Part shown: in pieces, positions 1-14,436 of the stretch
Numbering within the stretch: position 1 is the first letter of the stretch
Layout of the letters: every line of letters begins with the position of its first letter
Source: Blasia pusilla
Lineage: Eukaryota
Assembly: GCA_050084515.1 (NCBI GenBank)
Contig: CM114271.1
Span: 39,742,001 to 39,806,000 of the forward strand
DNA: 64,000 nt
Direction of reading: 5' to 3'
Program-made: the position numbers and the translations under genes
The notes under the pieces: generated by a model
The model's database searches: none
Told to the model about the DNA's origin: nothing
The model's input: only the letters and a program-made list of their open reading frames with translations

Positions 1-3000
1 AGCATCCAAGCATATTTGATCAAGCTCATCGTGTATAGCATCCCAAATAATACGTCGTCCTTCCTTTAGACACGCTTCTCCCAATTGAACTTGCTCAAAT
101 AGTTCTTCCGTATCATAAAATAACTCTTGTTCTTCCAAATATGAATTTGATTGAAGGTGTTGAAAGTCAAGTTGGGGCGTGTCTGGAAAGTCAGACAGTC
201 TTTTTCCTTGATCTTGAAAATAATAATGGACTTCCAACAATGCAGTATTAACCATAGCATCTTCAACATGAAGATTAGGAATTCCAATTTTCTACAAAAT
301 AGGATGATAACCCAAAATTTGTTAGTATGTTGAATGCTCAATGGAAGATAATATTAGGAATAAAACAAATGATGCAAGAATAGTAATGAATTCTTGCTTG
401 ACATCGTCTATATAAGAGATCTTCTACCATTGGAACCAAAAATTGACTCCAAAGTGTTGCAGGTTGAGCTGGTGTGTTGTACGCTAGAATAATTGCAAAT
501 AAGGCGACGAAGTGAAGAACCTGTACGGATTGTAGAAGCTTCTTCAAAGCAAGAGAATACTTCCCTATCATCCTCAAGAAGTCCCAATTGGACAACAGCC
601 TCCTTGAATATTGGACATAATACCCCATTAACATTTCTCAAACATTCGTACGTAGTTGCTACTCGCAATTATACACAAAGAAGTTTTGAGCATTTATTTG
701 GATGAGTAAGGTATAAGCGGCCAATGGGATGGCCATAACCATTTTGTACCCTACGAATCCATCCCTTGTTACTCCAACGATAATGAGAAGGATAATCTAT
801 GTATAGATATTGTCGAGCACTGGAGTCAGATAGATTGGTTGCAAACCATTGGGTCAATGTTGTCTCTCTTTTTAGTTGCAAAATATCTCTAGGAGCGTCA
901 ACATCATTGAAGTGGACTAGTTGTTGTTCCAAAAGATGGACTGCTAGTCGTACGATACTAGGAAGTTCATTATGTAGACTAAACTTAAAGAGACAGCAAC
1001 CTGCCTCCGAAGAAGATATATATATGGAATAATGAGAATTCCAAATATTTGAGTAAGGAAAATGAAATGAAGTTGAGAAATAAAATATAATGCATCAGAT
1101 AAGTCAATCAACAAAATCATACCTCGCATCAAGATATGACGTTATCTCGTCAATAACTTCGATTACGTTGGATGTATCCATATCCTTTGACTTAAATGAC
1201 ATAGCATGAGAAACATGTTTTTATAAGTACTTGACGGGAGAAACACTACTTGTAATCTCCAAATTAATGTGACAATCGAGGAGGGTTCATAATATAGGAT
1301 TGTAACCCAATGATTATCCAATGAATGTTCGCTCTTAATTATCGCCCTTCCATTCTCCAATCTACAAAAACACAATAACAATCGTAATGAGTCATGAATG
1401 AATACATTAGAAGGAATCACGAATACATATGCCTTAAAAATAAAAGGGTCCTTACCTACGATATAAACCGAATAACCATCTTCCATTTCGGTAATGTTGG
1501 CCGCAAAAGCTTTAGGATAGTCTTTTGTATAATTTTTTGTTTCCTTATCCATACATGGTACATTTGGATTTAATGATCTACACGGCCCGTGAACCATGCA
1601 ATTAGAAACAGTAGAATATAACCTTAGATCAGTAGATTAATCAGGGATTTCTGCTAAAATTATACAATCATAATTAGTTATGGTACGTGGTTTATCCTTA
1701 CGACCTAAAATAATAAGGACGTGCACATGCGGCAATTCTCTTTCTTGGAATTCCACCACATGGATGCATCCTACAACTCGGCCAAATATCTACTTTTTGA
1801 TGATAAGTCGTAACAACTCCTTCTTTTTCTTCTAAAAAACCGACACGACCAAATTTGGTCGGTCTGTAGTTGATTGGCAAGGTAATAGGGCTGATGTAAT
1901 CTCCTCCCACTTTGGATTGCATGTCATGGTCAAGAAGTAGTCGAGCTTCCCTAAATTTTGTACAATTGCCATTGTATCACCATAGAATTGATGCATATGA
2001 CGTGGCCCTCTAGTACAAGAAGAAGGAAATATAATTTGTCTCCCAAGCCTTCAGCTATCCGCATCTGGTCAATGCATGGCATCCTTTACACCTTGATATA
2101 ATTCACCCTTTTGATTTAAGTGCACCCATGATAATCATTGCATCTCCATAGTGGCATAGAGGTCGACCATATATTCTTGAATAAGTCGACGAAGCCGCAA
2201 CAAGCGATTGTCATTTTCTCCTCCAATCCGCGTTTGAAGTCAAAAATATGCAAATTGCAAGCTCGTAATACACTTTGTTCTTGTTTTCTCGAGAATATCA
2301 CCATCAACTCTCTCCTCATCCATACAATTATCTAAAGGTTCAAGATGTCCCTGCTCCCCATGAATAATGTGGCCCATTCGTTGGGATTCTCTATAGCCTT
2401 CGAGACGCCTAAAGGGTATCCTAGGATGCCAACTTGCTTAACCATAGATAAATAATAGAACAAAGTGTAAGGAAATATATGCTTCATTGAGGTCGGATAT
2501 ACATCTGACTCCTCCTCCATGTAGTCATACAATTATATCACAATGCTCAACGTGTTCACTTCCATCACCCGGCATAATAATAGCAACCTCAAAAGCAGTT
2601 GGTAAGTTATAACGCTTTACATCAAGACCTCTCTTACTTCCTTGAGGATGATGCGTATATTAAGATCACTTGCTTTATGTGCCATATGACGAAAGATCTT
2701 CACATATGGATTGCATTCATGTAACATGCCTTGGAGACCTTTCAAAATATCCATATTAAGATCATAAGATGTAGACATAACTCTAGCACGATTTTCCAAT
2801 TCATTTGCAATATCATGGATGTATAATTGAGCAAATTGGGGATGCCCCCTTATATCATGATGTAAATGTCCAATAGAATGATAGATCCCACCTTGGATCC
2901 TAAAGTGTCGAGTACCACCAATGCAATTCGTCCGTTTATGTGCACCCCAATAGATGCAAGTTGAAGTGCCGAATTATAAGCTCAAGCAGGTATAAGAAAA

Positions 3001-4243
3001 TGAACACTTCTAGGACCAACACCCGAAATCAAGGATTTCAAAAATGGAGGAGATGATCTCAAGAGAGGTAAATGTATTCTCTCATGGCCACAACACATGC
3101 CATATGGTAAGTCACCAAATGTAGTACCTTTGACCATTTCACATTTCCAATACAAAGCACGGCATGAGGGACATATCTTTGTCATAGAACCTAATGTATG
3201 ACAATCGCTGGTACGATTCAAACTCCTTTGTAATCGCAACTTCCTAATATCACTTTCTTGGAAAATTGGCCTTGTTGCAAGATTAAGTAATGTATTTAAT
3301 CTTACAACTCTATAAAAAATAGACGACGGAGAAATTCTATGAGCATTTGGTATAGTGGCACGTTGTGGAAATAACACAACTCCATTAGCAGACACGACAT
3401 CTATTCTTGACCTTGATTCATCCCCGAGTTGGGCAAGAGTCAACAAATTGTTGACAACTTCATTTTGAACTGGAAGAGGAAGAGTCTTCGACAAATTGTC
3501 GATAATTTCATTGTGAATTGGAGTAGGAAGAGTGTTAGATAACTAAACTTGTGATGGCCCAATTGTGGATGTATTCTCAATAACTTCATGGAATACATTG
3601 TAAACTAACTCGAGTCTTTGCGATATATAAATGTATTATATCGATTTTTCGCTCTCTTCTTCATTTTCTCCTACTATTATTCCATCCTCATTGGAAGGCC
3701 TCAGAAAATATATCAAAATATTAATAAGAATAAGTACAAATCAAATATGAAGTGAATAAAATGTAGAAAGTTAGATCTAAATATTTTATCAATGGTATAG
3801 TTGCAATACTCTTAGGTTGAACTTGATCATGAAGTGCTTTCCTTCTTTTTCTATACTCTAGATAGTAATTCCTCTTTTTTTCTTTGAGAGCCTCCATTCT
3901 ATCAACGCGAATAACACGCTTTCGTTTTTGGGTTTCGCCACGTAGAACCTTCTCAAAGCCACATATATCGACAGGATTCAATGGGATTGGAAGTCTGGAA
4001 CAACCTTGGAAAGAAAGTATCACTTGTGCCCCCTCAAGCGTCGGTCTAGTTTCTATTTTCGTTTGATTTCTGCAGCTTACTCTATTCTAGCTCAAACGAA
4101 ATGTAAACGCGCCGATATCTACTGGATATGAATGTTGAAAGCTTACGAAATAAAATGAAAAGTCCAGATTTTATAAGTGGGGAAATTGGACATGCTAAAT
4201 GAGCTTCAAATTAGTAAACTTGCGTTGGAAATGTTTCAAGTCA
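1..4243 (-). mobile_element. Helitron-1: decayed Rep/helicase coding region (Rep half; helicase half runs off the left edge)
   Basis: Minus-strand fragments: CPSCRALYWKCE..MCCGHERIHLP (about 3200-3070), GLQGMLHECNPYVKIF, frameshifted FLTMTCNPKW (about 1930) and VEFQ..LPHVH HUH motif (about 1740), MVHGPC..NPNVPCM, FKEAVVQLGLLEDD. Colinear with Helitron-2 at 33300-36700; many stops and frameshifts. Confidence 0.9.
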
Positions 4244-4247
4244 GAGT

Positions 4248-4890
4248 TGTCTTGCGCATACACATCGCTACACAATATACATCGTTGTCACCGAACACAC
4301 ACACAAACACGCACGATCCCATGCTAACTCATGACATCCAAACAACGAGACAAGAAGTTCTAAAATATCTCCAATAAAGTAAGATCCAATCTCTCTCTAC
4401 ACAATCTCACACCATAGCTCTCAAAGGTGTGCACTCTCTCTCATGTCAAACCAAACCCACTCTCCTAATAAGAGGCTTGGATTACACTCACAAGGCAAGG
4501 GACCATAGCTCCGCCGCCTCATGCCAAGAGGTTCAACAAAGAGAGAATGAGCTCTAAAGCTCTCTCTCCTTGGGATATATATCCCTCCCCTCTTCCAAGC
4601 TCTCTGCATGGTAACCTATTCTCCCAAGTCACCTCCTTGGCTCTTGACCTAATGTAGGAGGTCAAGGGCCACTTACCAAAAATAGAAAGTTGATCATATA
4701 CTCAAAATGACAACTACCTAAAATAGTAAGTTCTTCAATATGGCTCCAAATGAGCCAAAACGAAGGGGAAACCTACTCTCTCATGTTTTTTCGGGGCTTC
4801 AGCAAGTCATCCTCAACCTCCTAGGCATGCCCTCCACTACTCTTGAAGACGCTCTACTAGATCTCACCGATCTATGCTAAAGGACGTGAA
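4248..4890 (-). repeat. Complete LTR copy (about 640 bp), left boundary of the 18-kb insertion
   Basis: Starts TG at 4248 after GAGT (4244-4247). 4248-4375 is repeated at 4894-5021 and 4494-4890 is repeated at 21826-22222, which ends CA and is followed by GAGT. TATATAT near 4576. Strand is inferred. Confidence 0.8.
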
Positions 4891-4893
4891 AGT

Positions 4894-5021
4894 TGTCGTG
4901 CGCATACACATCGCTATACAACATACATCACTGTCATCGAACACACACACAAACACGCACGATCCCATGCTAACTCATGGCATCCAAACAACGAGACAAG
5001 AACTACCAAAATATCTCCAAT
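4894..5021 (-). repeat. Partial LTR copy (matches 4248-4375)
   Basis: tgtcgtgcgcatacacatcgct...aaaatatctccaat matches 4248-4375, then similarity stops abruptly. Confidence 0.85.
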
Positions 5022-5195
5022 CGCCCTACTAGCTGGTGGTTAGGTCCCTCTAACTCCAGATAGCCATCTATCCCTAACTACCATGACATACATCTCTCAG
5101 ACGCTAAGAGCAAGAAGGCTGGGTGCTCATGTGGCCCCATCGTTAGTCGCCTTCCTATCATCCATGTCAGAGAAAAAGTCGGGATCGAAACCTAC

Positions 5196-6600
5196 CTAGT
5201 ATATCCTATATGTACATTTGGGACACATCCATCGTCCCTGAGGAATCCTAGTGAGAGGTGGCGTCATACATGCCATATGCCAACCTCTCGAACAACCATC
5301 ACAGACTAGCATCGTGGCCGCACCACGGGCAGAACCACACAACATACAACGCAAGCTTGCAGGAACTACTGCTAAGCTCGGATCCATTGTACCATCAACG
5401 TTAGGAAGGTGATATGGCGCACAATTACGCACATGGCCCTTCCATACCATACCATCGCATCCCTCCAGCAAGAGAACATCGGATGGCAAAACGTCATGCA
5501 CTCTCAGGATAGTGCGCCCTACAGTCACATCCAACGTCGTCGGTGCCGTCTGTTGCAAGTAGACATAATCTCCCTCATGAAACCTCCAGATAGTTGGTCG
5601 ATAACCACCACCCCGAATAGTCGCATACCTCAACGTATCTCGATGTTGCGCAATCGCCAAGTTCTCGAACGCCATAGGCGTCACTCTCCAAAACAACTCA
5701 GCCCTCTGAGAACATGCTCGCACCCATACATCTGGGTCATCAAGGTCCAGCACCTCACCAGCATCTTGACGAATGGCCGTAGGTAAATCTGGCTCTTGGC
5801 CATAAAGTAGCAAGTACGGTGAAAAAGACGCTAAGGATGCGTGCATGCTGAATCTGTATCCCATCGCCAACCATGGCAGCTGGAGGTCCCAATCTCCTAG
5901 GTGACCTCTTTGCAAGCCATACTTGCGTAAACCCCTCTTCATCATCTGTACAACTCTCTCCGCTAATCCATCCTCCTCGGGATGATCTCACAAAGTCGTG
6001 CGATGGTCAATGAGCGTCTGATCACACAAGGCCTGGAACTCACCGCAAAACTCGGTACCCTGGTCTGTCAACACCTCAGCCGGTGCGCCATAATGACTCA
6101 ACACTCTGTCAAAGAAGGCATAAGCTACTCCGTCACTCGCTTTGTCAGACAATGCAACCAACTCGATCCACTTCGAGAAGTGCTCGACCATCACCAACAC
6201 ATAACGACTGTGGGCAAAGGTCCTGCAAAATCCAAACTCCATCTATGCCCTAAGCCCATGATCGGTAATGGATGCAACTGTGGAGTCGAGGCCTTGAACG
6301 ATGCTTGGACCCGATCACACACCATGCACCTGGCAACAAACCGATGAACGTCACTCTGCATGCCTCGCCATCAATACTGAATCTAAAGCAAGTTGTATGT
6401 CCGCTTCACCCCAAAGTGACCCAACTCCTCATGGGCATGCTGCACTAGTCGTGCTCTCTCTGAAGGATGCAGCACTACTCGTACTCTGCCATCCTCCCAA
6501 ACCCTCAAAACATGTGTCCCCTTCCAACGGAACCGTCTGGCCCGCTGTAGGATCCGATCCCACTCTCTAGCATCCACGGTGCTCGCAACGCTGCCAGTAC
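5196..6600 (-). pseudogene. Gypsy integrase (zinc-binding region, rve core) with C-terminal PHD finger
   Basis: HAHEELGHFGVKRT, VLVMVEHFSKWIELVAL, VLTDQGTEF, WDLQLPWLAMGYR..SPYLLLYG; the ORF 5196-5945 ends in a C4HC3 motif. Internal stops present. Confidence 0.9.
5214..5348 (-). other. PHD finger (C4HC3) coding segment
   Basis: CMLC-x11-CDGC-x4-HMAC-x12-WMCPKC, including the conserved Trp before the last Cys pair. Confidence 0.92.
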
Positions 6601-6799
6601 GAAGGTACTCCAAGACTACTCCATCATCATGAATATCTCGGCCACTTTTCGTCTCCTCACTGGCCTCGGGATCCAAGGACTCTCCACTAGACCTCGCCAT
6701 CAAAGTCTCCACACTCTAGCTCTCCATAGCCAACATGCCTAAACAGGCTGATGCGTGCCATCCTGGCACCGACTCCTCATCACTCTCTCCATGCCATCG

Positions 6800-8153
6800 A
6801 GCTTCAGTCGCATCTCGCTCACTTGGGCATGGGTTACGACTCAACCCATCTGCATCCTGGTTGAGCGTCCCAGGACTATGTACCACCTGAAAATCATACT
6901 CCTGCAACAACAGAGCCCATCTCGCAAGCTTCTCTATAAGCTTGTCGAACTCCATCAACCACTTCAGTGGTTGATGATCAATGATGATGGTAAAGGGGTT
7001 GCCGAATAAGTAACACCTAAAATGCGTAACATCCCACACCGCAGCCAAGCACTCATCCTCATACGAGCTGTACTTTGCCTCTGCAGCGTTGTTTTAGCGA
7101 CTAGCGTAAGCCACCATGAACTATCTATCCTCATCATCTTGCTGGGTGAGCACCGCTCCAAGCCCCAACATGCTCCAATCTATGTGCAACTGGAAAGGAC
7201 GCCCTCTGATCGGTCTCTTCAAGATGGGCCCGGACTTCAACATGTCCTTGAGAAACTGAAATGCTCGCTCCTGCTCATCCCCCCAGTGCCACTCGTGATC
7301 CACCTTGGTGACAAAGGTAACCATAATCAAATGAATCTCTTGACGTATCGCCGATAGAAGTTCGCCAATCCCATGAATGCGTGAACACAGCTCACATCTG
7401 TAGGGCGAGGAATGCGTGAGATAGCCTCTACTTTTTTTTGCTGAACACCAAGGCCCCTTGGGTATATCGTATGACCCAAGTACTCAATCTGGTCGTAGAA
7501 GAACTTGCACTTGCCTGGATGTAGCTTCAGCCCATGTAATTGCAATCGTCGAAATACCTCCTCTAGATATCGCTCATGCTCCTCAATCGTGGCGCTAAAG
7601 ACTATGATGTCATCAATATAACACCTAGCAAAATCCAAACCAGCCAAGATCCTATCCATGACCCTTTGAAACTCAGCCAGGGCGTTCTTTAACCTAAATG
7701 GTAAGAACCTCCACTGGTACAAACAATCCTTCCCGTGAGGATCGATGCCCCAAAATGACGTCTTCTGCTTGTCCTCCAATCTGATGGGCAGTTGATGGTA
7801 TCCGGCTTGCAAATCCAATGAATCGAAAACCTTTGCGTGACCAATCGCATCAAAGATCTCCTCAGGGGTGGGCATGGCATACCTATCGGACTTCGTCTGC
7901 TGATTGATAGATCGGTAATCCCCAAACATCCGCCTATCCGTCTAGTTGCCATGCACATCCTTCTTGGCGGGCATGATAGTGGCCGATGCATACTCCCCAT
8001 GCGACATCTTCACTAGTCCTCCTCCAACCAAGTCCTGGCTCCTACTCTGAATTAGATCCCTCTCCATATCACTGTACCTGTAGGGTCGTCGGAAGATCGG
8101 CGTATCACTCGACAACTCAATGCAGATACCCCTTCCCTTCAGCGTACCCAAAT
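6800..8153 (-). pseudogene. Reverse transcriptase and RNase H of the DNMT-Gypsy element
   Basis: PIFRRPYRYS, GDYRSINQQTKSDRYAMP, SLDLQAGYHQ, RCYIDDIIVFS, LKLHPGKCKF; RNase H FQLHIDWSMLGLGAVL, FTIIIDHQPLKWL, ARWALLLQEYDF. Confidence 0.92.
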
Positions 8154-9148
8154 TGTTGCGCCCCTACTCTCCTTGAACGTCAATCTTTAGTGTTGCGGAA
8201 GCGTGCGTTCAGTAGGTCACGAACTCATCGCCGATCTGCACCCAAACACGCACTCTCGTTAGTCGGGTTTGGCCAACCGGCGTTCCAACCCACCGAGTCC
8301 TCAACTCGGCGTCTCATCAAGCTCAACCTTCCTTAGTTCCTAGCTTCCAACACATGGCAAGTCCTTCAAGACTTGGAACAGACTTCCTGGTTAGTCCAGG
8401 GATCTGAAACGGCACTTGCACGCCTAGCGATCCCAAGTGTTCAACGGCCCTTGTGTGAGTTCCGAACCGAGACCCAAGTAATTGAGTCGCGGTGTGAAAT
8501 CCAAGAGGGATGTCTAAAATCGCCTCAATGGACTTGGTGCAGGTTTTCCAACCCAACGCCCAAACTCGCGTTCCGTTCCATGCCCTTGAGCGCCACGCGC
8601 CCAAAGTGAGGTTTGGGTTCCAAGCACTCGGAGACCTTCCCCTTACTAGTACTTATGGGGTTCTCCAATAACCCCTCCCCTTTGGGAATAGAGGTTCGGG
8701 CCCTTCATTGTGGCCCTCAACCCGACTCCACTTACAATCTTTTTCGGGTCGTATCTCGGTCGCTGCTTATGCGTTTGCAGCGATCTGTGGTGCGATTGGA
8801 CCGGATCTCAATAAGCTTTCCAACGCACCCTTATTTGCTCCAAACGCATCTTGGCGCTAAAAGTTATGGCCATAAATACAGTCGGAAACTCTCAAACGCA
8901 AGTGGCGTTCCAAATCCGGATCTTTCCTTTGGCAACCCACTTCCTAGACTCGACTTCTTTCAAGTCTCATTCCGCGTTTGGTCCAGGTTTCTGAGTCGCG
9001 ACCATCACATCTGAAACGCAACTTCTCGCTCGCGTCTCGTCTCTTGTCTCCTCTTTGAGACAACTCCAACGCGCAAACCATCTTAGCGTGAGCCCGCTAA
9101 TGTTCCGATGTTCCGCTTGGCACTTGTTTGGTCATGAGGGTCGCGACA
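8154..9148 (-). repeat. 3' LTR of nested chromovirus
   Basis: Direct repeat of 14437-15432; adjacent polypurine tract AAAAAGAGGGGTGAG on the minus strand (9149-9163). Confidence 0.95.
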
Positions 9149-12100
9149 CTCACCCCTCTTTTTAGAGCTTGATGCCCTCATCAACGGAAACTTTTATTAT
9201 GTCAAGTCTCCTGGGCAGCCTACCCCTTGACATTGAATTGCGTTCTGGTGGCTAACCCGCAATTCCTCTTAGTCTCTAGTTGTCGCTTTGCCCCACTTAG
9301 AATTATTAGCCTCTCATCTTCGATAAGCCTGGACTAGTTCCAAGGAACTAACCTATCAAATAAGCTAACTAAGTGTGCAACCTTAGACTCTTTCGACTCA
9401 TTATTGTAAACATCACACCTGTTTACCTGGTCCACAAATCGTACTACTATTGGGTCGCTCTCGTATTTGACTTAGGCGCGTCACTCAGTTTACTTATGTG
9501 GCCACAAGTAAGATCACCCCAAGCCCCAAGACAGACTTCATCTCCCCTTGCCGACGCTAGGGCGAGCCCGAGTGTAATCCAACACAAGGTCTGTTCTAGG
9601 TGCTTATCCACATACGAGCTCTCACCTCAAATACTCCTTGTCCGTCCCTCTTGTCGTACATTCTAAGTCTATGATGAACGACTCATAGCCATGCACTACC
9701 ACATACAAATTGCAATCAACACGGTATCGAATCTCCAAATCCATACACTCCTTTATTGCAACACTAGCATATTCTAATTCTGCCTTCGCCCAAGATTCCA
9801 CGGTTACAAGTCATGTCTCTAGCTTCTCCTCGTACTAACGTATGTGCTTCGCTTGTGTTCGCTTGAAGTCACGCGACAACTCTTGCGCGTGTTCCAAATC
9901 CGCCTCCAATCCAAGTCGCCTCCTTCACATGGTAGCCCTTCCATTTGACCAAGTATTCATACTTGTTGGCCCGACGCCTCGAATGTAAGATGGTCTCCAC
10001 CGAACTCCGGGTCTTCATTTACAATGACCGGGTGCGGTCTCACCACTGTCTCGCTCGAAACGTCCATTATCTTGAAGGTATTTCTTCAACAATGACACAT
10101 GAAAGGTCGGGTGAATCTTGAACTCGTCCGGAGCCTCAACGTATACACATCCTCAAACGGGTTTGCCACAATCACATACGGTCCAACATACTTGGCAGAC
10201 GACCATTTTGCAGACAACTCTTTCGGAAGAGTGAGATTCTTCACACTCAACCACACTTGTTCTCCAACTTGGAACACTTGGCGCCGACTCTTATTAGCAT
10301 GCTTAACGTACCTCATTTGAGCCTTTGCAAGACTTAGCCTCGCGCTCTCTTTCGTTTCGCATCTCTACCAACAAACTTTTGCCGCCGCTTGTCGTGTTCG
10401 TGCCAATGTAGTACCCTTCGAAGGGCTAGATCAAGAGGCCCTTCGGCTCGTCCATTTGCCAGGAGAAACGGAGATTAGTTGCGAGAATGCTTGGTCGAGT
10501 TGTAGCGATATTCGCCATGCTCACCACGACCCAATCGCGTTGATCAAAGATCGACATAATTCCTCAATCTTGATTCACGATAGAGTTTACCTTTGTCTGT
10601 CCATCCGTCGTGGGTGGAAAGCCGTCATCAAACTCAGCTTGGTCTTAAACCTTCGAACAAGTGCTTCGAAAGCATCGGTAAACTTTGATCCCGATCTCGA
10701 AACAATGCTCCCGGCAAACCATGAGCACGCCACCGCCTATCGAGGAATAGTTGCGCCGTCAGATACGCCCCGTGCGGAATCCACCGTCGGCACGAATCTC
10801 GCCAACTTGCTAAACCGATCAACAATCACAAGTATAGCGTTGTAGCCCCCAGATTCCGGAAGACTCGTGATGAAATCCATACTCACACTTTGCAAGGGTC
10901 CTTCGGGGATCGGCAAGGGATGCAAACAAGCCCATTTCTTATCATAAGAGACTCTATTCGCTTGGCGAGTCACACTGGTCTTCACATATTAAGCAACATC
11001 CTCCTTCATGTTGGGCCAAAAGAACCGTTTCGATGAAGAGCTAAGCGAGATTTCTCTCCTTTATGTCCCGCCAAGGGCCCGTCGTGACATTCCGCTAACA
11101 CCTTGGTTCGCATTCTGCCTTGCCCTACATAGATCCTACTCTGTTTGAACCTTAGTAAACCGTGCCTCAAACTTATGTTGGCCACCTTCTCACCCTGCTT
11201 CAACTTCCTCAGGTATTCCCCTGCTTGAGCATCCTTCATATATCCTTCACGAATCCTTCTCTCCAGATCTGTTTCCTTAGGGAACATTGCTCTCAAGACA
11301 GTGTGTCTTCGATGGCATGTGTTCCTCCTTGCGACTTAACGATCTGGAATCACATGATCTTTACCTGGCTTGTGGATCAACTCTACATCCATCAGCGCCA
11401 AGGTATCATGCCACCGCAGATTGTTTGGTGTCACTCGATCTTGGGTCTCAAAATACTTGAGTGATATATTATCGGTGAATACTCGAGTCTGTGGAGCCCT
11501 AGATAATGCCGCCACTTCCTCAAGCAATGTACCACCGCGAACAACTCTTTTCGTGAGTAGGCCATCTCCTTTCGATTGTCGCTAAGCTTCTTGCTCTCAT
11601 ATGCCACCGGTCTCCTTCTTGCACCAACATTCCGCAATCGCGAAATCACTAGCATCGGTATGCACTTCGAACCGTTTGTCAAACTCCGGGAGCTTTAACA
11701 CTGGTTCCTGCGATAGAATCTGCTTCACTCGATTGAATGCCTCATTAACTTCCTGGGTCCAAGTCGTGTGGCAAACTTTTCTATCCAATCCGTGAGAGGT
11801 CTCACAATCCCCGAATTTTTTTTCACATAAGTACGATAAAATTGCACCGCACCTACGAACCTCCTCATCCCCTTTACACTGGATGGGGGTTCCCACTCGG
11901 AAATCGCCTTTACCTTTTCCATGTCTGGACTGACGCCATCTGCACTGACCACATGACCCAAGAATTTGATCTTACTCAAACCAAATTCGCTCTTCTCTAC
12001 ATTCGCATACAGCTGATTTGCCCTTAGCTTAGACAAGACCGCTCTCACATGTCGAACGTGCTCCTCTAGTAACTTCAAATAGATAAGTATGTCATCGATA

Positions 12101-14421
12101 TAGATGATAACATACTCATCCATTTCCTTGTGAAAAATGGAGTTCATCAATGTGGTGAACGTCGGAGGTGCGTTACATAGACCGAAAGGCATCACTACAA
12201 ACTCAAAGGAACCGTATCTCGTCCTGCACGCAATCTTCTCCACATCTGCCTCGGCAATCCGAATCTGGTAATATCCGACTTCAAGTCAATCCCTACTGAA
12301 ATATCTCGCGCTTTGCCGACCCTATCAAAGAGATCATCTATCCTCGAAGCGGATAATTGTTCGAACCGTCACTTTGTTGAGGTGCACGGTAATCAACACA
12401 CTGACCTCATCTTTCCATCCTTCTTCTTTACAAAGAGAACAGGTGCTCCATAAGGTGACTTGCTAGTCCTAATGTAACCCTTTTCCAAGAGCTCACTTAA
12501 TCGCTTTTCAACTCAAGAAGTTCCTCCTGATTCAACCTATATGGTGCTTTTGAAGGCGGTTGGGAACCGGTATGATCTCTATCTTATGATCTACGGCTCT
12601 ATGCGGCGGCAATTCGGTCGGAAGCTCATTTGTCAAGACATCCTCAAACTCCTTGACCACTTCGGAGTGGTTCAGGATTCCCTTTGAAGCGGTGTCCCGA
12701 TCTCTGCGATATCGCTTGTAGCCTCCTCCACTTGTCTCATCAAGCGAGAAATCCATCCTCCAACTCGTCATGCTCCTCCTTGTGATCGAGTTCACCAACT
12801 CCATCTTCGCTGGAACCTCACGGACCAACCGCACTTTTGTAACCGTTTGCCTTTTAGCAAGACGCTCAACCTCAATGGTCGGCGTCTTAACTCCACCTCA
12901 TCATACGCATCTAGGAATGTATTCCCAAAACTCCGTCAATGCCGTCCATTTCGCATAAAGTGAAATTCTCCTTCAACTCGAATACCCGATCCCATGTCAA
13001 TCCCAAGACCAAATCGAAGTCCGATGAGACTTGCCTCCTGCAAATCCCACTCGAATGGGCTGCCAAATCGCTTTAGAGGTAGACGACCCGAGTTCCTTCA
13101 CGATTCTTGGGCTTAGGAAGGAAGCACTGTATCACGAGCAACAACACATCGCGATCAACAATCTTGGATCTTAGGTACACCAAACTATCGTCCTCTTGGT
13201 GACTTGAAGGGACGTCTCGAGATCCGCCACAGATGCTTAGCAGCAAACGCAATCATACTCCCATTACTAACCTTCGGTTTCGAACACCCTTTCGACAGGT
13301 GCCCCGGTTCGCCACAGTTGTAGCATACGACCTTGCCGTTTCCTGTCTTTGAGTGTTGTCCTCCTTTCGGCTTTGCATTGTTCCAATGACGACTCTCTCG
13401 TTAAATCCGCCCCCACTCCAGCCTCTTTTGAACGCCTCCTTATTTTTCGACTTCTTCGAAAAAACTTTTGACTCGAAGGGTTTCTGGGTTTGGACCTCAT
13501 CGTCCCCAATCCGCTCCGCTAGCTTCAGAAGGTCGCGCAGGTCTCTGGCAACGTCGGCATTCGGTAAAGGCCTTCTTCGCTCGGCTTGAGTCCATTAATG
13601 AAGATAGCCTTCTTCGCGTGCTCATCCATCTTCGGACTAGAAGTCAATTTCGCACTAAACTCCCTCACATACACGCTTAAGGAACCACTCTGCTGCATCC
13701 GCGACGCATTCCACCGTGTCACGCAACCCTTGGTACTCGGAGTGAACCGATCCCCAATCAACTCCTTGAACTCCTCCCAACTCGAGAGGTGACTCGCCGC
13801 CCAGATATTCCTCTCGTTGAGCGGTCCACCATTGTAGAGCATGATCCTTCAGAAAGTAACGGCTACCGTCACCTTGTTACGCTTTCGGCAGACCCCCTCT
13901 GCGCCTCGGCAAATCTGATTCGGCCGTAAGGAAATCCTTCACTTTTGCGAGCGCGCCACTCCGATAAATGGCGTGGCGGTTCGTCTTGCAGAGCCTTTTG
14001 CACGCTTTTCGGTTTCGAGTGGCCTCTAACTCGCAATCCGCTTGCTTTTTCGGGACATCTTCTCCACCAACACCTTCAACAAGTCCAACGCCTGGCTCGA
14101 CTCCGTCCTTTCCCGAAGTTTGGGCCCACTGGCCCCGCGGAAGGAGTCGCCATGGGGCGTCCTCACGATCGGGCGTTGCTCTTCGAGTCTCCGTCTCCTC
14201 TATAGCTTCACGGTCCGGCATTGGTTCCTCTCTCGGTTCACGCCGCTTGATTCGGTGCTTCTTGGGTTGTTCTCCCTCGATCGCCATCTCCAAGCCAACT
14301 CACTCAGATCTCCTCCTCGTTTCTTGCGTCCCTCCTCGAGCGTCCGAGTCTAGCTGCTACCTTGAAATTTCCCAAGCATCCGGCTGATCCCACGACCCCA
14401 AGTTCTCGCTCACCAAGGATA

Positions 14422-14434
14422 AGCTCTGATACCA
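14422..14434 (-). promoter_or_regulatory. Primer binding site (tRNA-iMet type)
   Basis: TGGTATCAGAGCT on the minus strand, 2 nt inside the 5' LTR. Confidence 0.9.
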
Positions 14435-14436
14435 CT

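Noticed and set aside
8323-9014. ORFs repeated at 8323-9014 and 14600-15298 (also 50401-51337 and 56823-57777) as duplicated genes
   Set aside because: They lie inside LTRs and have no recognisable domains; the duplication is the LTR pair.
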